This document shows, piece after piece, positions 12,611-26,973 of a stretch of DNA of 64,000 nucleotides. Numbering within the stretch: position 1 is the stretch's first letter; each line of letters begins with the position of its first letter. The notes beneath the pieces are model-generated. The model was not told where the DNA came from and ran no database searches. It saw only the letters and a program-made list of their open reading frames with translations. Position numbers and translations under genes: made by a program. This DNA is from Octopus sinensis (taxonomy: Eukaryota): assembly GCF_006345805.1 (NCBI RefSeq), contig NC_042999.1, positions 92,628,001-92,692,000 of the forward strand, read 5' to 3'.

Positions 12611-13160
12611 TATTAGGTTGGCAACTAAGTTCCCGCCGTTTTTTAAAAATTAAAATTTTTAAAGGGTTTAATAAAAAATAACAACTAATTAATCAATAGT
12701 GTATTCACCTTTGTTGTTCACAATGTCTTCCCAACGTTCAACAAGATTTTCAATATGCTGTTGGTAGAAATCACCCGATTTTGGCTCGAAAAATTTATCC
12801 AACCAAGCTCTCGATTCTGCATCAGAATAGAACGAAACTCAGGAGGTTGAAAGAGGTGGAAATCCGTTGGTGCCAAGTCAGAAGAGTATGGCGGATGTGG
12901 CAGCACTTTCCAGCCATGCGTTTGAATGGCTTCCTTGGTCATACTCCCTATATGACGGTGGGCGTTGTCGTTCAGCAAAAGAATTCCATGCTGCTGATTA
13001 GGTCTTTTCTCTTGAATAGCCGTGTTGAGACGTTCCATCCGTTGAACATAGAGTTACGCGTTGACCGTTTGGTTCCGTTCAAGCAATTCGTAATGTATAA
13101 TTCCTTCCTTGTCCCACCATACGCACAACATCGTTTTGTGCATGGAGCTGGTGTTAGTGT
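12611..13160 (-). mobile_element. Mariner transposon, 3' half with one TIR
   Basis: KTMLCVWWDKEGIIHYELL, LLLNDNAHRH, HPPYSSDLAPTDFHLF. Terminus TA+TTAGGTTGGCAACTAAGT at 12611 resembles mariner TIRs. Confidence 0.9.
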
Positions 13161-13251
13161 GTACTTGAGTTGGTACTACAACAACAACAACAAAAACAGC
13201 AACTACTACCACTACTAGAAATGGTGGTGGTAGTAGTAGTAGTAGCAGTTT

Positions 13252-13315
<64 letters not shown>

Positions 13316-13399
13316 TGTATGTATGTATGTATGCATGTATTTAAAACTGACTTTATGCTGTGGCTACCATCTTATATCTGATGGGAACATTATTTATGT

Positions 13400-13800
13400 T
13401 TCAGAAATATTTTTGCTCGTTTCCAGAAGAGGCTATTCTGTTTACTACGTATAGGTCTACATACAATATAACCATTCTGTTTACGATGGTAGTGTATGAT
13501 CTGAGCGATATATAGCAGCAGTTTCTTGCGGGTCGGTTGACCTGGTAAACTGGTCTTATTTTTACGTTAATATTATTTATATTGTATAACTGTCCCAGAA
13601 TTAATTCTCGAGTATTTATGTGCTTGCTATTGCTAAGTCTCAGGTTATCCCTTAATGAAGCCTTCATTACGTAATATCATCAAACCGTGATCATAGTGTC
13701 CTTCTGATGAGTAATGCATATCTAGGTCTGTTTTATCTAAGGCGATCTTTGAAAGGGCATCTGGGTGTGATTTGAGTGATGTGTGGGTTTGGTTTCTCGC
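13400..13800 (-). mobile_element. Possible Penelope-like GIY-YIG C-terminal remnant
   Basis: SKHINT..LGQLYNINNINVKIRPVYQV resembles the end of PLE endonucleases; very degraded. Confidence 0.35.
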
Positions 13801-14976
13801 ATGTCGGGTACTATATTGTCGCTTCTTTCGTTAGCCTTAATATTCTTTTCAAGTCAAACATAAGTTCTATATATCTATAAGTTAATTAAACAATCTGTTG
13901 TTGTGCAATGTTCACGCCGACCACCGTATCAACTCGTTTTATGTTGAATGTAATTTCTTTTAAATTCTGAAGATAGAAAGTATTTGATACACATCGGGAT
14001 GTTGATAGTCTGTGTCAGCAAAGATTGGCGTATAAGCGAGTTCATAAGCGGTTTGATAAAATTAAATGATGCGAACAGAGACGAGTGAAACGTTTCTATC
14101 CCTTACTTTTCGTTTGAGGGCAAGGCGACCAAAGGCATCACCAATATCTTTCTTAATCAACTCTGGGGTGAAAGTAACGATCTAAGATTAGTATTGCTCC
14201 CTCTTCATAGAAACTGAACTTAGCGAACTCTTCAAGAAAATATTGGATTTTACAAACGATCCTTTTGTTCTCTGTACTTCGTGCGCGATTGATGTTCAGA
14301 ATCAACTCAACGAGAACATTCAAAAGTTTTCGTTGGATGTCGATGAAGTAGTGGAAAGGACAATAATATTGGTGTTGTTGGTGGTGATAATGGTGGCGAT
14401 TATAATAGTAGATTGGATAGTGAGGATGCCAGTATTAGTAGTAAGAGTGGTGGTCATCAGGGTTATGGTGGTGGCTGTGTCATTCGAGTTAATGATGATA
14501 CTTGTTATACTATTGTGAGGAGTAGGGTTTATGTTAGTGATAGCAGTAATGTTGGTAGTGGAATATGTATTAGTGCTGGTCATAAAACTAGCAATTGTAA
14601 CAGAGATTTTGGGTATTTTGATTGTGACAGTGATAGCAATAACGATGGGTGAATTATGAATTACGTCGACGATAGTTGTGGTGGTGAATGTGGTAGTTTC
14701 GGTCATCATTGTCGAGGTTGAGGTTGTGGCTGTTAGTGGAGCTTTCATGATAACAGTAAAGGTGAAACTATTAGTGGCTATGTAAAACAAATGTTGGTTG
14801 GGATTAGTTTCATGCTAGTGATAGTACGAATAGTATTGGCGATGGAGTGATAGTGGTTGGTGGAATGTCATTGTTTTGTGTGGTCGTAGCAGAAGGGTAG
14901 TCGGTGTATTGGTGTTGGAAATGGAAGTCAGTGCGATAGTGAGTTGGCAAAGAAATTAGTGCAGTTGATATACTGG

Positions 14977-14990
14977 TATTATTATTATTA

Positions 14991-15055
<65 letters not shown>

Positions 15056-15064
15056 GTTATTATT

Positions 15065-15103
<39 letters not shown>

Positions 15104-15104
15104 A

Positions 15105-15153
<49 letters not shown>

Positions 15154-15168
15154 TACTATTACTATTAC

Positions 15169-15220
<52 letters not shown>
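14977..15220. repeat. Compound (TAT)n(TGT)n(TAT/TAC)n microsatellite at the 3' junction of the Dong element
   Basis: Direct reading. Confidence 0.95.
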
Positions 15221-15223
<3 letters not shown>

Positions 15224-15619
15224 TTTTATTTTTATAGCGTGCTTTCACTTCACTACCGAGCGCAACTCTGTGTGCCTTGGGTATGTGCTGTGATTTGTTG
15301 TGATGTTCTGATGGTTATTGTATGGAAAGTGATCTGCGTAGGATGTGTGCAGTGCCTAATAGTGCAATTTTCTGTATGTTATATGTGTTTGTAAGTCCTG
15401 ATGTTTTTGTTATGTATTTGTCTGAATATTTTTTTATCATGCCTAATGCACCTACTATGATAGGAATTGTTTCTGTTTTCAGGTTCCACATTCTAGTTAC
15501 CTATATTTCCAGGTCTTTGTATTTTGAGAGTTTCTCCATTTCTTTTAGAGACACGTTGTCATCTGCCGGTATTGATACATCAATTAGAAAGCATTTTTTT
15601 TCTTCATGATCTCTGACAA

Positions 15620-16417
15620 CTATATCTGGTCTGTTGGCCTTAATTCTCTATCTGTGTGTATCAGCATATCCCAGAGTATGGTTGCTTTCTCGTTTTCTGT
15701 GACCTTTTCTGGTGTGTGCCTATACCATCTTTTTTCTGTTGTTATTCCATAATGTTGGCATAGCTTCCAATGTATGTAGGTTCCAACTCTGTCATGTCTG
15801 TGAATATATTCCTTCTTAGCCAGGACTGGGCAGCTAGAAATAATATGATTTATTGTTTCTTGTCCATCTCCACATATTCTGCAGTTACTTGTAATATTTC
15901 TTTTCATTACATGTTTTTGGTAATTTCTGGTGGGGAGGCTTTGGTCTTGTGCTGCAATTAAAAATCCCTCTGTTTCTGCTTTGAGTCCTGAGCTTCTCAA
16001 CCATTGCTGGGATTTTTCTTTGTCTATTTCTTTTGCGTTTAGTTTAGTGCAGTATTTACCATGAAGAGGCTTTTCTTGCCATCGTTTTATCATGGTTCGT
16101 TGCTGTTCTATTTTTAGTTTGGATTTCATTTGTTTTATAGCTTTTGTTGTTTCTTCATCATCTTCTTCTTCTTCTTTGTGTTTATTAGGTGGTATGATTT
16201 CTTGTTTGTATTTGTCAGCTTCCTTAAATACTGAGAACAGTTTTTTGTTTTGCTCGTGTTTTGCTGCTATCTGGATCAGTTTTCCTTCCTTCTGAAGTAG
16301 GTATTTTTGCAGTCCTATGGTGGTTATTTTATAGTAGTTTTCCAGCTGTATAAGGCCTCTACCACCTTCTATACGTTGTATATATAGTCTTTCTATGTCA
16401 GAATTTGGGTGATGCAT
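15620..16417 (-). pseudogene. R4/Dong ORF, C-terminal CCHC zinc knuckle and start of RLE
   Basis: LYIQRIEGGRGL, KPLHGKY, ETEGFLIAAQDQ, CRICGDGQETINHIISSC..EYIHRHD, ILWDMLIHTDR. The RLE continues in another frame toward about 15340. Confidence 0.92.
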
Positions 16418-16566
16418 CCTAGATCCTGTCAGTATTTTTCTTGTTTTCCTATCTATTTTGGACAGTTCATTTCGTGTCCAGTTAAGGATATCGTAGCTGT
16501 AACTTATAACTGCGACAGCTAAAGTATTGATACCTATTATCTTGTTTTTAGCATTGAGCTCTATTT

Positions 16567-18408
16567 TTAGTATTGATCTAACTCGTCCATAATATTCTTT
16601 TTTATTTTCTCTTTCATTTGTGTGTGTTGTGTCTTATCTAGTTCATGGATTCCTAAGTATTTGTAAGTTTGGCTTTGGTCTAATTCTTTTATTTCATTGG
16701 TTTTATCTAGTGTGATGTTGTTACTCTTAACTAGTTTTCCTCTTTTCATGGTTACTTTGGCGCATTTTTCTAATCCAAATTTCATATCTATTTCTTTGGT
16801 AAATCCATGAACTGTCTTTAATAGTGTTTCCAGCTGTTTGTCATTTGCAGCGTATAGTTTTAGGTCATCCATATATAAAAGGTGGCTGATCGTTTTGCCG
16901 TAACATTTATATCCGCATCCAGTTCTATTTAGCATATCAGATAGAGGTGACAGTGCCAAGCAGAAAAGGAGTGGAGAGAGCGTGTCTCCCTGGAATATTC
17001 CTCTTCTAATGGGGATGTCTTTGGTTTTCATGAGTCCCTCTTTTGTTTGGAGGTGTAGGACTGTTTGCCATTTATTCATAGAGTGCTCTATGAATTTTAT
17101 GATTGTTGGTGCTAGTGTTTCGAGGATCCATGTGTGGGGGATGCTATCAAACGCCTTTTTGTAGTCAATCCAGGCCATACTGAGGCCTTTCTTCTTTCTG
17201 TGGCTGTCTTCAGTTACGGCTTTATTAATCATTAGTTGATCTTTACAGCCATATGAGCCCTTGCGGCATCCTTTCTGCTCTTCTGGGAACAGTTTGTTTT
17301 CGTCCAGGTGCTTGTTCAGCCTTTGCGTTATCACTGCAGTAAATGCCTTGAACATAGTAGGGAGGCAGGTTATTGGTCTGTAGTTTTCTGGTTTTGTTGT
17401 TTCATTTGATTTGGGAATTAAGATGGTTTTCCACTTCGTGAGCCATTCAGGCATTGTCTCTGGCTCTGCTAGTATGCTGTTAAAGTTTTCAGCCAGCTTT
17501 TTGTGCATTCCTGTTAGATATTTCAACCAGAAGTTGGGGATCTTGTCATGCCCAGGTGCCTTCCAGTTGCTTAGTTTTTGCAGTGCCTGGGTGACCTCTT
17601 CAGTTGTTATGGGGGTCCAAAGTTGTTCAGATGCCGAGTTTGTTATTTTCATACTCCTTTTTTTTGGCTGTTCGTTCGCCGACCATATTTCTTTCCAGAA
17701 TTCTTCCAATTCTTCAGCCGTTGGTGCTGCAGTGACTTCTATTTTATTTTTGCCCAGTTCTTGGTAGAACTTTTTGGGGTCGGAGTTGAACTTTTTGTTC
17801 TGTTCAAAGAAGCGTTGGCGTTTCTCGTACCGGCGGATCCTTTGAGCTTTGGCAAGGATATCTTGCTTCAGCTTTTCTTTTATCTCCGGCAAATCTTTTT
17901 CCGTGATGTTATATTTGCGGAGCATTTTTGTTCCCTTTTTGTTGCTCAGTAGCGTTGCTTGTTTGCTGATTTCATTAAGAATCGACAGGTCTTTTCTAAT
18001 TTTTTTTATTTTGTTTTGGATGTTATTTATCCACAGGGTTTGTTTGGGTGGTGGTACTCCTGTTTTGGCGGGTTTGGGTGAGTATCCAGCTTCTTTTGTG
18101 GCTGCAGTGGCTGTTGCGTATATCAAGTCATTTAGTTCAGTGATATCACTTTTTTTTGTTTCAGTGGCTAGTTCAGTGACGGCTAGGTTTATGTTGTTTA
18201 TAATTGGTGTTGTTATTGCGTTTATTTTTATTCTTGGGAGGTATGGTCGGTGGTCCATTTTGAGCTCTGTGGTTTTTAGTTCTTTGATTATTTTATTTTT
18301 TATATTATCATAATCATTAGGCTCCCCTTCGTTGTTTACATCGTGTTTGTTGGGAATGTTGCGTTTGTCTTCGTGTTTTACAGTTTCAGTGTTTATATTA
18401 TTGGGCAT
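16567..18408 (-). pseudogene. R4/Dong ORF, RT-containing segment (613 aa open)
   Basis: KAPGHDKIPNFW, NYRPITCLPT, EQKGCRKGSYGCKDQL, WIDYKKAFDS, GIFQGDTLSPLLF, LYMDDLKLY, MKFGLEKC, YKYLG. Confidence 0.93.
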
Positions 18409-19180
18409 TGTTGTGTGGCTTCTATCTACATTTTCCTGGTGTATTTTTTCTTTTAATGTTCTATTTCTATTTCTGATATTTTTTTGGCTTTGAGAATGTA
18501 TCTTCGTACGTTAGCTAATTTATTAGGGTTCATTGCTGTATCCAAGTCTATATCTCTATTATTTTCCTTCCATATTTTATATGTATATGTTGTTGTATTT
18601 TCATTTTGTGGGTAGAGCATTGCTGTGAAGGATGCGTGTAAGATAGAAATGTATTCCTCACGTGTCCATTTACGTCTTTTGGGTTTATTTGCGGGACATG
18701 AGGTACAACGTCCGGCCCATTATTTTGACGGTCGTCATTTTCGTAGGGTACCGGTCCGTTTATTTCTGTTGTCACATTATTTCGCACGTGTAGTTTTTCG
18801 TACATTTTTTGTTGTAGGTTTAATGTACGTACCGCTCGATTGTTATTCTTGGGTTGAATAGTATCGGTGGCATTTAATTTCTTCGTAGTTCCTTTGTACA
18901 TGGTGTTTGAGGTCGGGGATGATCGTGTTGTTCCACGCATGTTTACATGTGTTGTGTTAGAGGTGGAGATAATATCGAGTCAAAATACATCATTTCGTTT
19001 CGAAAATAGTAATAAATTTCAATTCGTATTACTCGGATATAGTCCAATTCTTTGTTAGTAAATCTTTGGCTCCATAGGATGTCCTTGTTTTCGATGTTTG
19101 TGGATAGATTTCGGAGCTCTGTATTTTCCTTCTTACATCTTAAACGTCCCCGGTGTCTCCTCTTAAACGTCCCCGGTGTC

Positions 19181-19219
<39 letters not shown>

Positions 19220-19279
19220 GTAGTAGTAGTAGTAGTAATAGTAGTAGTATTAGTAGTAGTAATAGTAGTAGTAGTAGTA

Positions 19280-19317
<38 letters not shown>

Positions 19318-20805
19318 TGGTGGTGGTGGTGGCGGCGATGGTAGTACTACTAGTGGTGGTGGTGGTGGTCGTGTTGATGGTTTTAGTAGTAGTGGTGGTG
19401 GTGGTGGTAATGGTGTTAGCTTACGGGGAGGGGGTTAGATCACTGATTGTAATGACTGAGGTGAGGATTGGTGGTAGGGGTAATTAGTGGCATGAATTTG
19501 TGTGGTTGGTTGTGATGGCCTTATTGCTGGTGGTGACGATAGTTATCATCAGAGGTGTGTTTGTGTTTTGCAGTGACAGTGGTCATGTTGGTTGCAATGG
19601 TTGGAGCAGTTGGTTTGATAGGGGGTGGTCATGGCGATACAGTGCTATTTGTAGTGTAGCTTGTGATGTGTGTTTGTGGAGGTGGTAATAATGATAAAGA
19701 TGATGATGGGGATGATGATGATGGTAGTGGTAGTGGTTGTCTGGAGAGTAGTGTTGGTTGTCGTGGTTTGTGGTGGTTGTGGTGATTGTTGTGCTGGTGA
19801 TAGTTAGTATGGCAGAGACGGTGGTAGTGGTTAATGTGCTAGTGGTATTCTTAGTATTTTTGGTGATTGATGATGGTGATCGTTGTGGCATAGTGTTGTC
19901 GTAGCTGTAATACCTAACGTCGATCGCGAAGACGATGGTGATTGTGAGCCGTACGGCGCTGGTTAACATATTTGAAGCGACTGTGGCGGTTTGTATGTTA
20001 GAGATGGTCGTCGTAGCACGGTTTGTCTCTTCTGCTGTTGATGGCACTTGCAGCAGTAATGGCGATCGTTAACATGATGTGAGCGATACTGAGTTGGTTG
20101 TCGTAATCATGGTGAGTGCGGTGGTGTTTGATGTAGTAATGGTGATAGTAGCGGTGAAAGTGTAGTAGCTGGGGTTGTACAGCAGGTTGGTGAGATAGTT
20201 GTGATGGTGGTGGTGGTGCTTGATGTGACTGGGTCTATCATTACTACGACGTTTGATACATTATTGTAATGAATACGATAAAAATATTGAGGAAACCAAC
20301 GCATTCTAAATGTCTTCTAGCAATTATGTTTAATGGAAAAATAGTTTTGACAGTATAGCCTCAGATAGATGATAATTTGGTTGTGTGTGTGTGTGTCTGT
20401 GTGTGCCTGTGTGTGCATGTGTATGCATATTTGTATCCACATACACACAGACACACACAATCACATACACACACACGCACACATATATATATATATATAC
20501 ATAGGTATATATGTGTATATCATATACCAACTATATGTGCATGTGCGTGGATGTTAGTTTCGGGTGTCATTGTGGTTGTAAAAGTGTGAGTTTGTATATG
20601 TTTGTATGTGTGTGTTCGCGCGAATGCGCGTGTATGTTTGTGTATGTATGTTTGAATGGTTACTACTGTTCTTCGCGTGAGTGTTTATGTATGTGTGTGT
20701 CTTTATTAATGATTGATGATGTATTGAAACGAAATTTACATTAAAATTTAAATGATTATATCGAACACTATAAGGTATCGCACGCAGACACAAACACACA
20801 CGCGC

Positions 20806-20842
<37 letters not shown>

Positions 20843-20942
20843 AACAAACAAACACACACATACACACGCGCGCATACACACTTGCGCTCATATATGCACA
20901 CCTGGCCGATTTCTTACCACTTACCTTCCTACTGAGCTACCA

Positions 20943-21256
<314 letters not shown>

Positions 21257-22614
21257 GATTATTAATAAATACGTTCGTTGATTCATACATACACACTCAG
21301 ATAGATTCATATATAAACATGCATAAATGTATGCACTCATAGAAATCCACATTCAAAATCACATGCGTAATTACGTAAGTATACCTGTATATTTGTAGGT
21401 AAGTAAATACAAAATACATACGCTGACAGTCACACGCGCGCAAACATGTGCTATCTCACGTTGCTTGTGTGTGTTACATAGATGTACTTACAATCAAATA
21501 TAAAATGTTGCATGGTCACATTGTCTCTGACTAAACTTTCAAACTTTTTTAGTAAAAAAGGTGATTGAGGAGAATGTTCTCCCTAAGGTAGCATGGCGGA
21601 AATGAAGAAGACAACTGCTATCATATACTACGTAGTTATGCATATGTGTGTACGTGTTCATATTTCGTTTAAATGAGGCATGGAAGAAATAAATGATCTT
21701 TTTCTTTCCGGCAGGTGTACTCAGCCATTTTTTTGAATATTGATCCCTTTGATTATCGTTTTATTCTAGTGGACCTCCATAGCCATTCTATGTTTAAAAC
21801 TTGTTTTTATAGATATTTCTTACAAAATTCCTATTTTCTTTTACACCCATTCAGTTGTGTAGGTTTGCAATAGGACACTCTGAGAGAATATGTTTCAGTA
21901 GCTGGAAATGTGGCGAACTGTGTAAGACACTAGAGAAAGGAGCGTAGCTGTGTATTGAAATAAATACATCTAATGCAACTGTTTTTCATGGACTCATAAA
22001 ATACTACTGTAGATCTCCAATGTGATATTTTGCTTGGTTGGACCACCAAAACTCTTATATGAACCCCTAGAGGACATATGCAGCCCGTCTGAGGACCTCT
22101 ACTTTACAGTTTCGAACTTCACGTAGAGAGCTGACGTAGGTGGCAGAAAACTTTGATACTATGTTTTATTTCTTGAACCATACAACAGTTATTCTTCTGC
22201 AATGTCTGGAAACCACTTCAGCTTTTTTTTTGGCACTCTGCTGCATTCTTATACGCGTTCCCTGGTATTGATGTTACTTTAAAATTGTATACCCAAATAT
22301 ATATATAACCAACCGCACGCATATACTCACGCTTCTGTGCACTCATACCGATACATATATATACACACATCTATAGAAAGGAATGAGAGTATATCGCATG
22401 GGTGTCAATATGAGATTAGATAGGCACATCGGGCAGGCTCGAGAAAAAGAGATGCGTAACAAGGTTTTGTAGCATTAGACAATGTCCAACCTCAGCTAGC
22501 GTTTGAGTGGACATACATTGAAGTGCATTGGCGAGTGACGCCATGCATATTTTTTTTTTTTTTTGGGTGGGGATGCAGTCTAAATCATTCTTATGTTTAA
22601 CAGTAAAATTGTTG

Positions 22615-24155
22615 CAGATGTGAGAGCTGATTATTTTGAGGGAAGTCATTTTAAGCGGAGTTATTTTGAGCGAAACATTACAAGTGAACGGCACTTTCAG
22701 CGAAGGTTAATTTCAATCGAAATACATACTATCGTATAAATTGCGATTGATATTGGCGATCTACGTCATCGATTGATGGGTATTGACTTAAATGTCCTCG
22801 ATGTTTTTCAAATCAGTTATTCAAAGTGATTAGAAGCATTCGTAGCTAACTTGTGGACATTATTGTTTCGAATCGTAGTAAAAAAGCCTATAATGGTCTC
22901 ATGTGAGTTAAGAATAAAGCTTCTCAAACCACAATTACATGGCGTTATGACGTGAAAGGTTGCAAAGGACAGTCAAGTACCTTATGTGAATACGAAAAGA
23001 TAGAAATTGCACTGACAAAGTACATTCGCATGCTCCCGAACCTGTTGAAGTCGGTAAGAAAAAAGTTAAAGAAAAAGTCTGCAAAGCTGCTGTGACAACA
23101 CATGATCCACCGAGACGCATACTCCAAGATGCCATTGCTGGTCTATCAAACGGACTTGCAGCAAAGATTGGATCAGGAGCAAAATTAAGACGTATCGTAT
23201 CTAGGAGGCGAAGAGCTATGGGGAACTACCTTCTACCCACACAAACAACTGCATCCATCCTCATTCTGGAATCCCTGCGGTCTGCTCTCATGGGCAACAA
23301 TTTTATTCTCCATGACAGTAGTATAAGTGATAAGAAAAGGATAATAATTTTTGGCACTAATGAAAGTCTTACCTGACTGAGAGAGAACCGTCAATGGTTA
23401 GCTGACGGAAATGTCAAGACGGATACAAGCACTTTCCTGAAATTTTTACAGTGCATGCATTGATAAAGGTAAGTGTAATACCTTTACTGACGAATAAACG
23501 AGAAGAAAGTTACACAGCAATGTTCACCAAGCTGAAGGAACAAGAGACTTCGAAATTGCTTCAAGACAACCGTAGAAGAAAACCTAAATGTCCAATATCA
23601 TTGTGCAACGTTTTTAGCAAGCTTCACATAAATCACCCGCGAACAAATAATGCTATAGAAGAGTGGCACACTGCTTTCCAAGGCAATGTATTTTGTAGTC
23701 ACCCGACAGTTTGGCTCTTAATAGAGGCATTATAAAGGGAAGTGAGACTACAAAGGACGAAATATTTTGAAATTTGTTCAGGAGAACATGCACAAAAGAA
23801 AGGAAATACGTGAATTTAGAAGAATTAAGAGCATTGTTGAATCATGAGAAGACTTAGAAGTTACAGATTATCTTCTTGTCTACAACATTACTTTTTGCAT
23901 TTTCATTATTTCTAGAATTAATATTTTCGATTTTAAACTTTGTGTCGATTTTTAATAATTTTGTATTTACTCATTGTGGAGTTGTTATTATTTATACGAA
24001 AAGAATGTAAATTTCTAGTATATTTTTATCAACTCCGCTCAAAGCATCTTCAAGAAACAATTGGAGGTTCACTCAAAGTGACATCGCTCGAAATGCACAT
24101 AGTTTTCACTGCGCTCAAAATGACTTCGCCCAACTTGGCTTCGCTCAAAGGATTG
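22615..24155 (+). mobile_element. Degenerate MULE (Mutator-like) transposon with inverted arrays of subterminal repeats
   Basis: FLYWCH-like TITWRYDVKGCKG (about 22930-22970), THDPPRRILQDA, IIIFGT, WLADG..FTVHA (about 23400-23460). GAAGTCATTTTAAGCG at 22642-22657 pairs with CGCTCAAAATGACTTC at 24112-24127. Confidence 0.8.
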
Positions 24156-26793
24156 TAAAGTGTTTTCCAATGTGGATTTCATAAAAGCTTAATAGAGAGT
24201 TTGAGTCTGGAGCAGAAGTAATCTTATGACCATTAAAATGAAATTTACTCTCTCGTCTGCTGTATGTGTGTCATAGTACAGACAAATCATATAACCAAGA
24301 AGTAAAACATTTATCACAAAGTCTTAGGTCTTAAGGTTTCATAAATATTATAAATAAACTTTATGTACGTTGTGCAATTTTCTTCAAGGCACAAAACGCT
24401 ATGATATATATGAAGACAAGTAGGGAAAACGGGTGTGCCGGTGTCTCTTCCGCAGCACTCAGGTGATTAAACTTTGCTATTGGAAACAATAAAGTACACT
24501 AAAAAGCTTATGACGATATTGTTTGGTTACAAAAGGGCGTTTGGCCCTCTTTCTTCTTCATGTTTCATGAATTCGCTTTCATTTAATAAATGTATCTGTT
24601 ACCTTAATTATAATAGTTATAATGAAAGGCTTACAAGGAAACAACATTTTAATAAAGATATTTTGGTTGATATAGGATGGAATTTCGCATGAGGAAATGT
24701 CCATACTTCAAAACAAGAATAGGAAAACCATTTTTCAAACGAAAACACTCACCTTAATGGTCTTTTTATTTCCCTTTGTTCCTTGCAACGAGTGCTATAA
24801 ATGCGTATGTATCGACGGAAATTTATCATATGAAGGTGCCCTGAGCAAAGATAGAGCGATTAAAGAGACTGTACAATACTTTGAAAACCAAAGCAGGGAA
24901 ATCTTTTCTCTTACAAGAAAGCAATATCTTAGAAATTATTTACAACACAAGTTTTACCATCTGAAATTACAGGGCTATAGTCAATAACTTGATCCTGAGA
25001 TCAAATACATGCTACCACACAAAAGATGATTTAGTATACCGGATTATAAAAAGAAGAAAAAAAATAGAAAAGAAAACCAACTAAGATGCTTAAGATCAGT
25101 TCAGAAAGATTTCGAATGTCGTCTAGTATTCCTATAAACAGAACTGTTAAAAATAGGAGCAAAATTATTTTAACTAAATACTTAAAAGTCGAAGATGTAA
25201 TACCTTATATATCAGGAACTGGATTATAAAGAAACATTCGTTTCGTGATGATGATCCATACGACACCAAAACTGATAGGTGAACACATGCAGCAAATAAC
25301 CGGAAGGGAAATAGTCAGCGTCCTAACTAGTTTGCATGTGGATGACTCCAGGAAACTCGAGAATGTTGCGTATATCGACAACAAGTGTATCTTTTATTAG
25401 ACGTGTGATGATAATATTGTTAGACTTATAAAATAACGCATTACAATTCAGGAACAATGTACAGCTCAAAATTAGTTCTTAAAAAGAACTGAAAAGAAAC
25501 AACCGAAATGGTAATGATATCACATAACTGTAGAAGACATTCAGAAATGTAATGAGAAACTGTCAGAGATTGTCATTAAAAAATTACTTTATTATGATGT
25601 ATGACGTTGCCAAAACCATTTGCAGAAAGAATTGCTCAAGGAAACTTTTTTAATGCTTTTGATGATGAATATAACCACTCCGTTCAAATATAAGAATTTC
25701 GCGACAAATGTAAAGTCATCAGATCTAATATAACGATTTTAGTCTGAAAAAAAAATTACTACTGAGGGGATCAGCTAGATATCACATGTGAACATTGCAT
25801 TCGAAATCAATGAGAAGCAGAACATGTAGGCTAAATGTGGACTGAAGGTAGAAATATTCTACTGAGATTCTAAGTATACATGTACATTTATGTCCTCTGT
25901 TCTATAATAATCTATGTCCGTATCTGTAATCATTTGCACCTTTTGTCATTTGTACCCATAATCACGCATAATATTAATAAGTGATTGTCATCAAATTATA
26001 CCAGGCCTTCTAAATCTGGAGTTTTCAAGTAAACTAACGAGGCCATCTATCAATTATCTTAAACGTTTGAGTTGTAGACATAACAATGCAGCTAAGCAAA
26101 AATTGCCTTAAATTCTAGATGTAACTATACTTTAAGTGTAAACTAAACCTCGAAGAGAGAGCATTGCCGAAATAAGGCATTCTGTAAGAACAAATTAAAG
26201 AATTAGAGTAGAAGAAACACACACGTATATATGTTTGGATATGCGTGTGCGTATAAGCATGTTTTTCACAATCACACATACATATGCATACATTCATATA
26301 TACATACAAAATACATGCATGCATATATACATATAACATACAGCGATCATATATACATACATAGAAAGTCACTCAATATAAATAGGTACATTCTTGGAGC
26401 GAAAACTATTACTGAAGCCGTGAGGACTACAAACGCCATCATTAATTCGCAACTATCAGAGCAGATAAATAAATTATTCTTCTGACCACATTCAATCCAA
26501 TAAAAAATCAAACAATTATTCGAGGTTGCATTGATTTTCTTGTCAAACTTTGGTTCACCAAGCAAAGATTTGTAAGAAACATTCCTTCTACTTATAGAGT
26601 TAAGTATAATGTATATTTTTCGAGGAGTCAGGAATTTATATGAATATGTCTAATGTACTCTTCTATAGAATGTTTTTAAAATGAACCACTGTTGTGTGTA
26701 TGAACAGAACAATAATATACTAGGAAGAACTACACACAGAGTAAAATTTATTCCATAACAAAACAATTATTTTAATACTTGAACCAGAAATAT

Positions 26794-26973
26794 GGCAGCA
26801 GAGTCCTTACCGCAGCGGGCAAAATGCATAGCAGCATTTCTTCCGTTTTTACGTTCTGAGTTCAAATTCCTGCAAGATTGACTTTGCCATTTGTCTTTTC
26901 GGATCGATGTCGATGTAATCGGCTTACATACTCCTTCGAAATTACTGGTCCTGCGCTAAAATTTGAAACCAAT
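26794..26973 (+). mobile_element. SINE family B remnant
   Basis: TTACGTTCTGAGTTCAAATTCC (B-box-like) followed by GACTTTGCC; homologous to the minus-strand copy at 42440-42640. Confidence 0.6.

Larger units (their letters stand above)
15221..19181 (-). mobile_element. Full-length R4/Dong-clade RLE non-LTR retrotransposon (about 3.96 kb) inserted in (TAA)n
   Basis: Single broken ORF: N-terminal YKIWKENN..NKLANVRRYILK, RT, CCHC finger and RLE. (TAA)n lies directly at both ends, and the 3' UTR ends ...AAAAATAAAACTG|(AAT)n. Confidence 0.92.

Noticed and set aside
14320-14790. Thr-rich mucin-like ORFs (also 11972-12283 and 19583-20047, minus strand)
   Set aside because: By-product of decayed GGT/GAT/TAG repeats; no splice signals, signal peptide or other frame-specific evidence.
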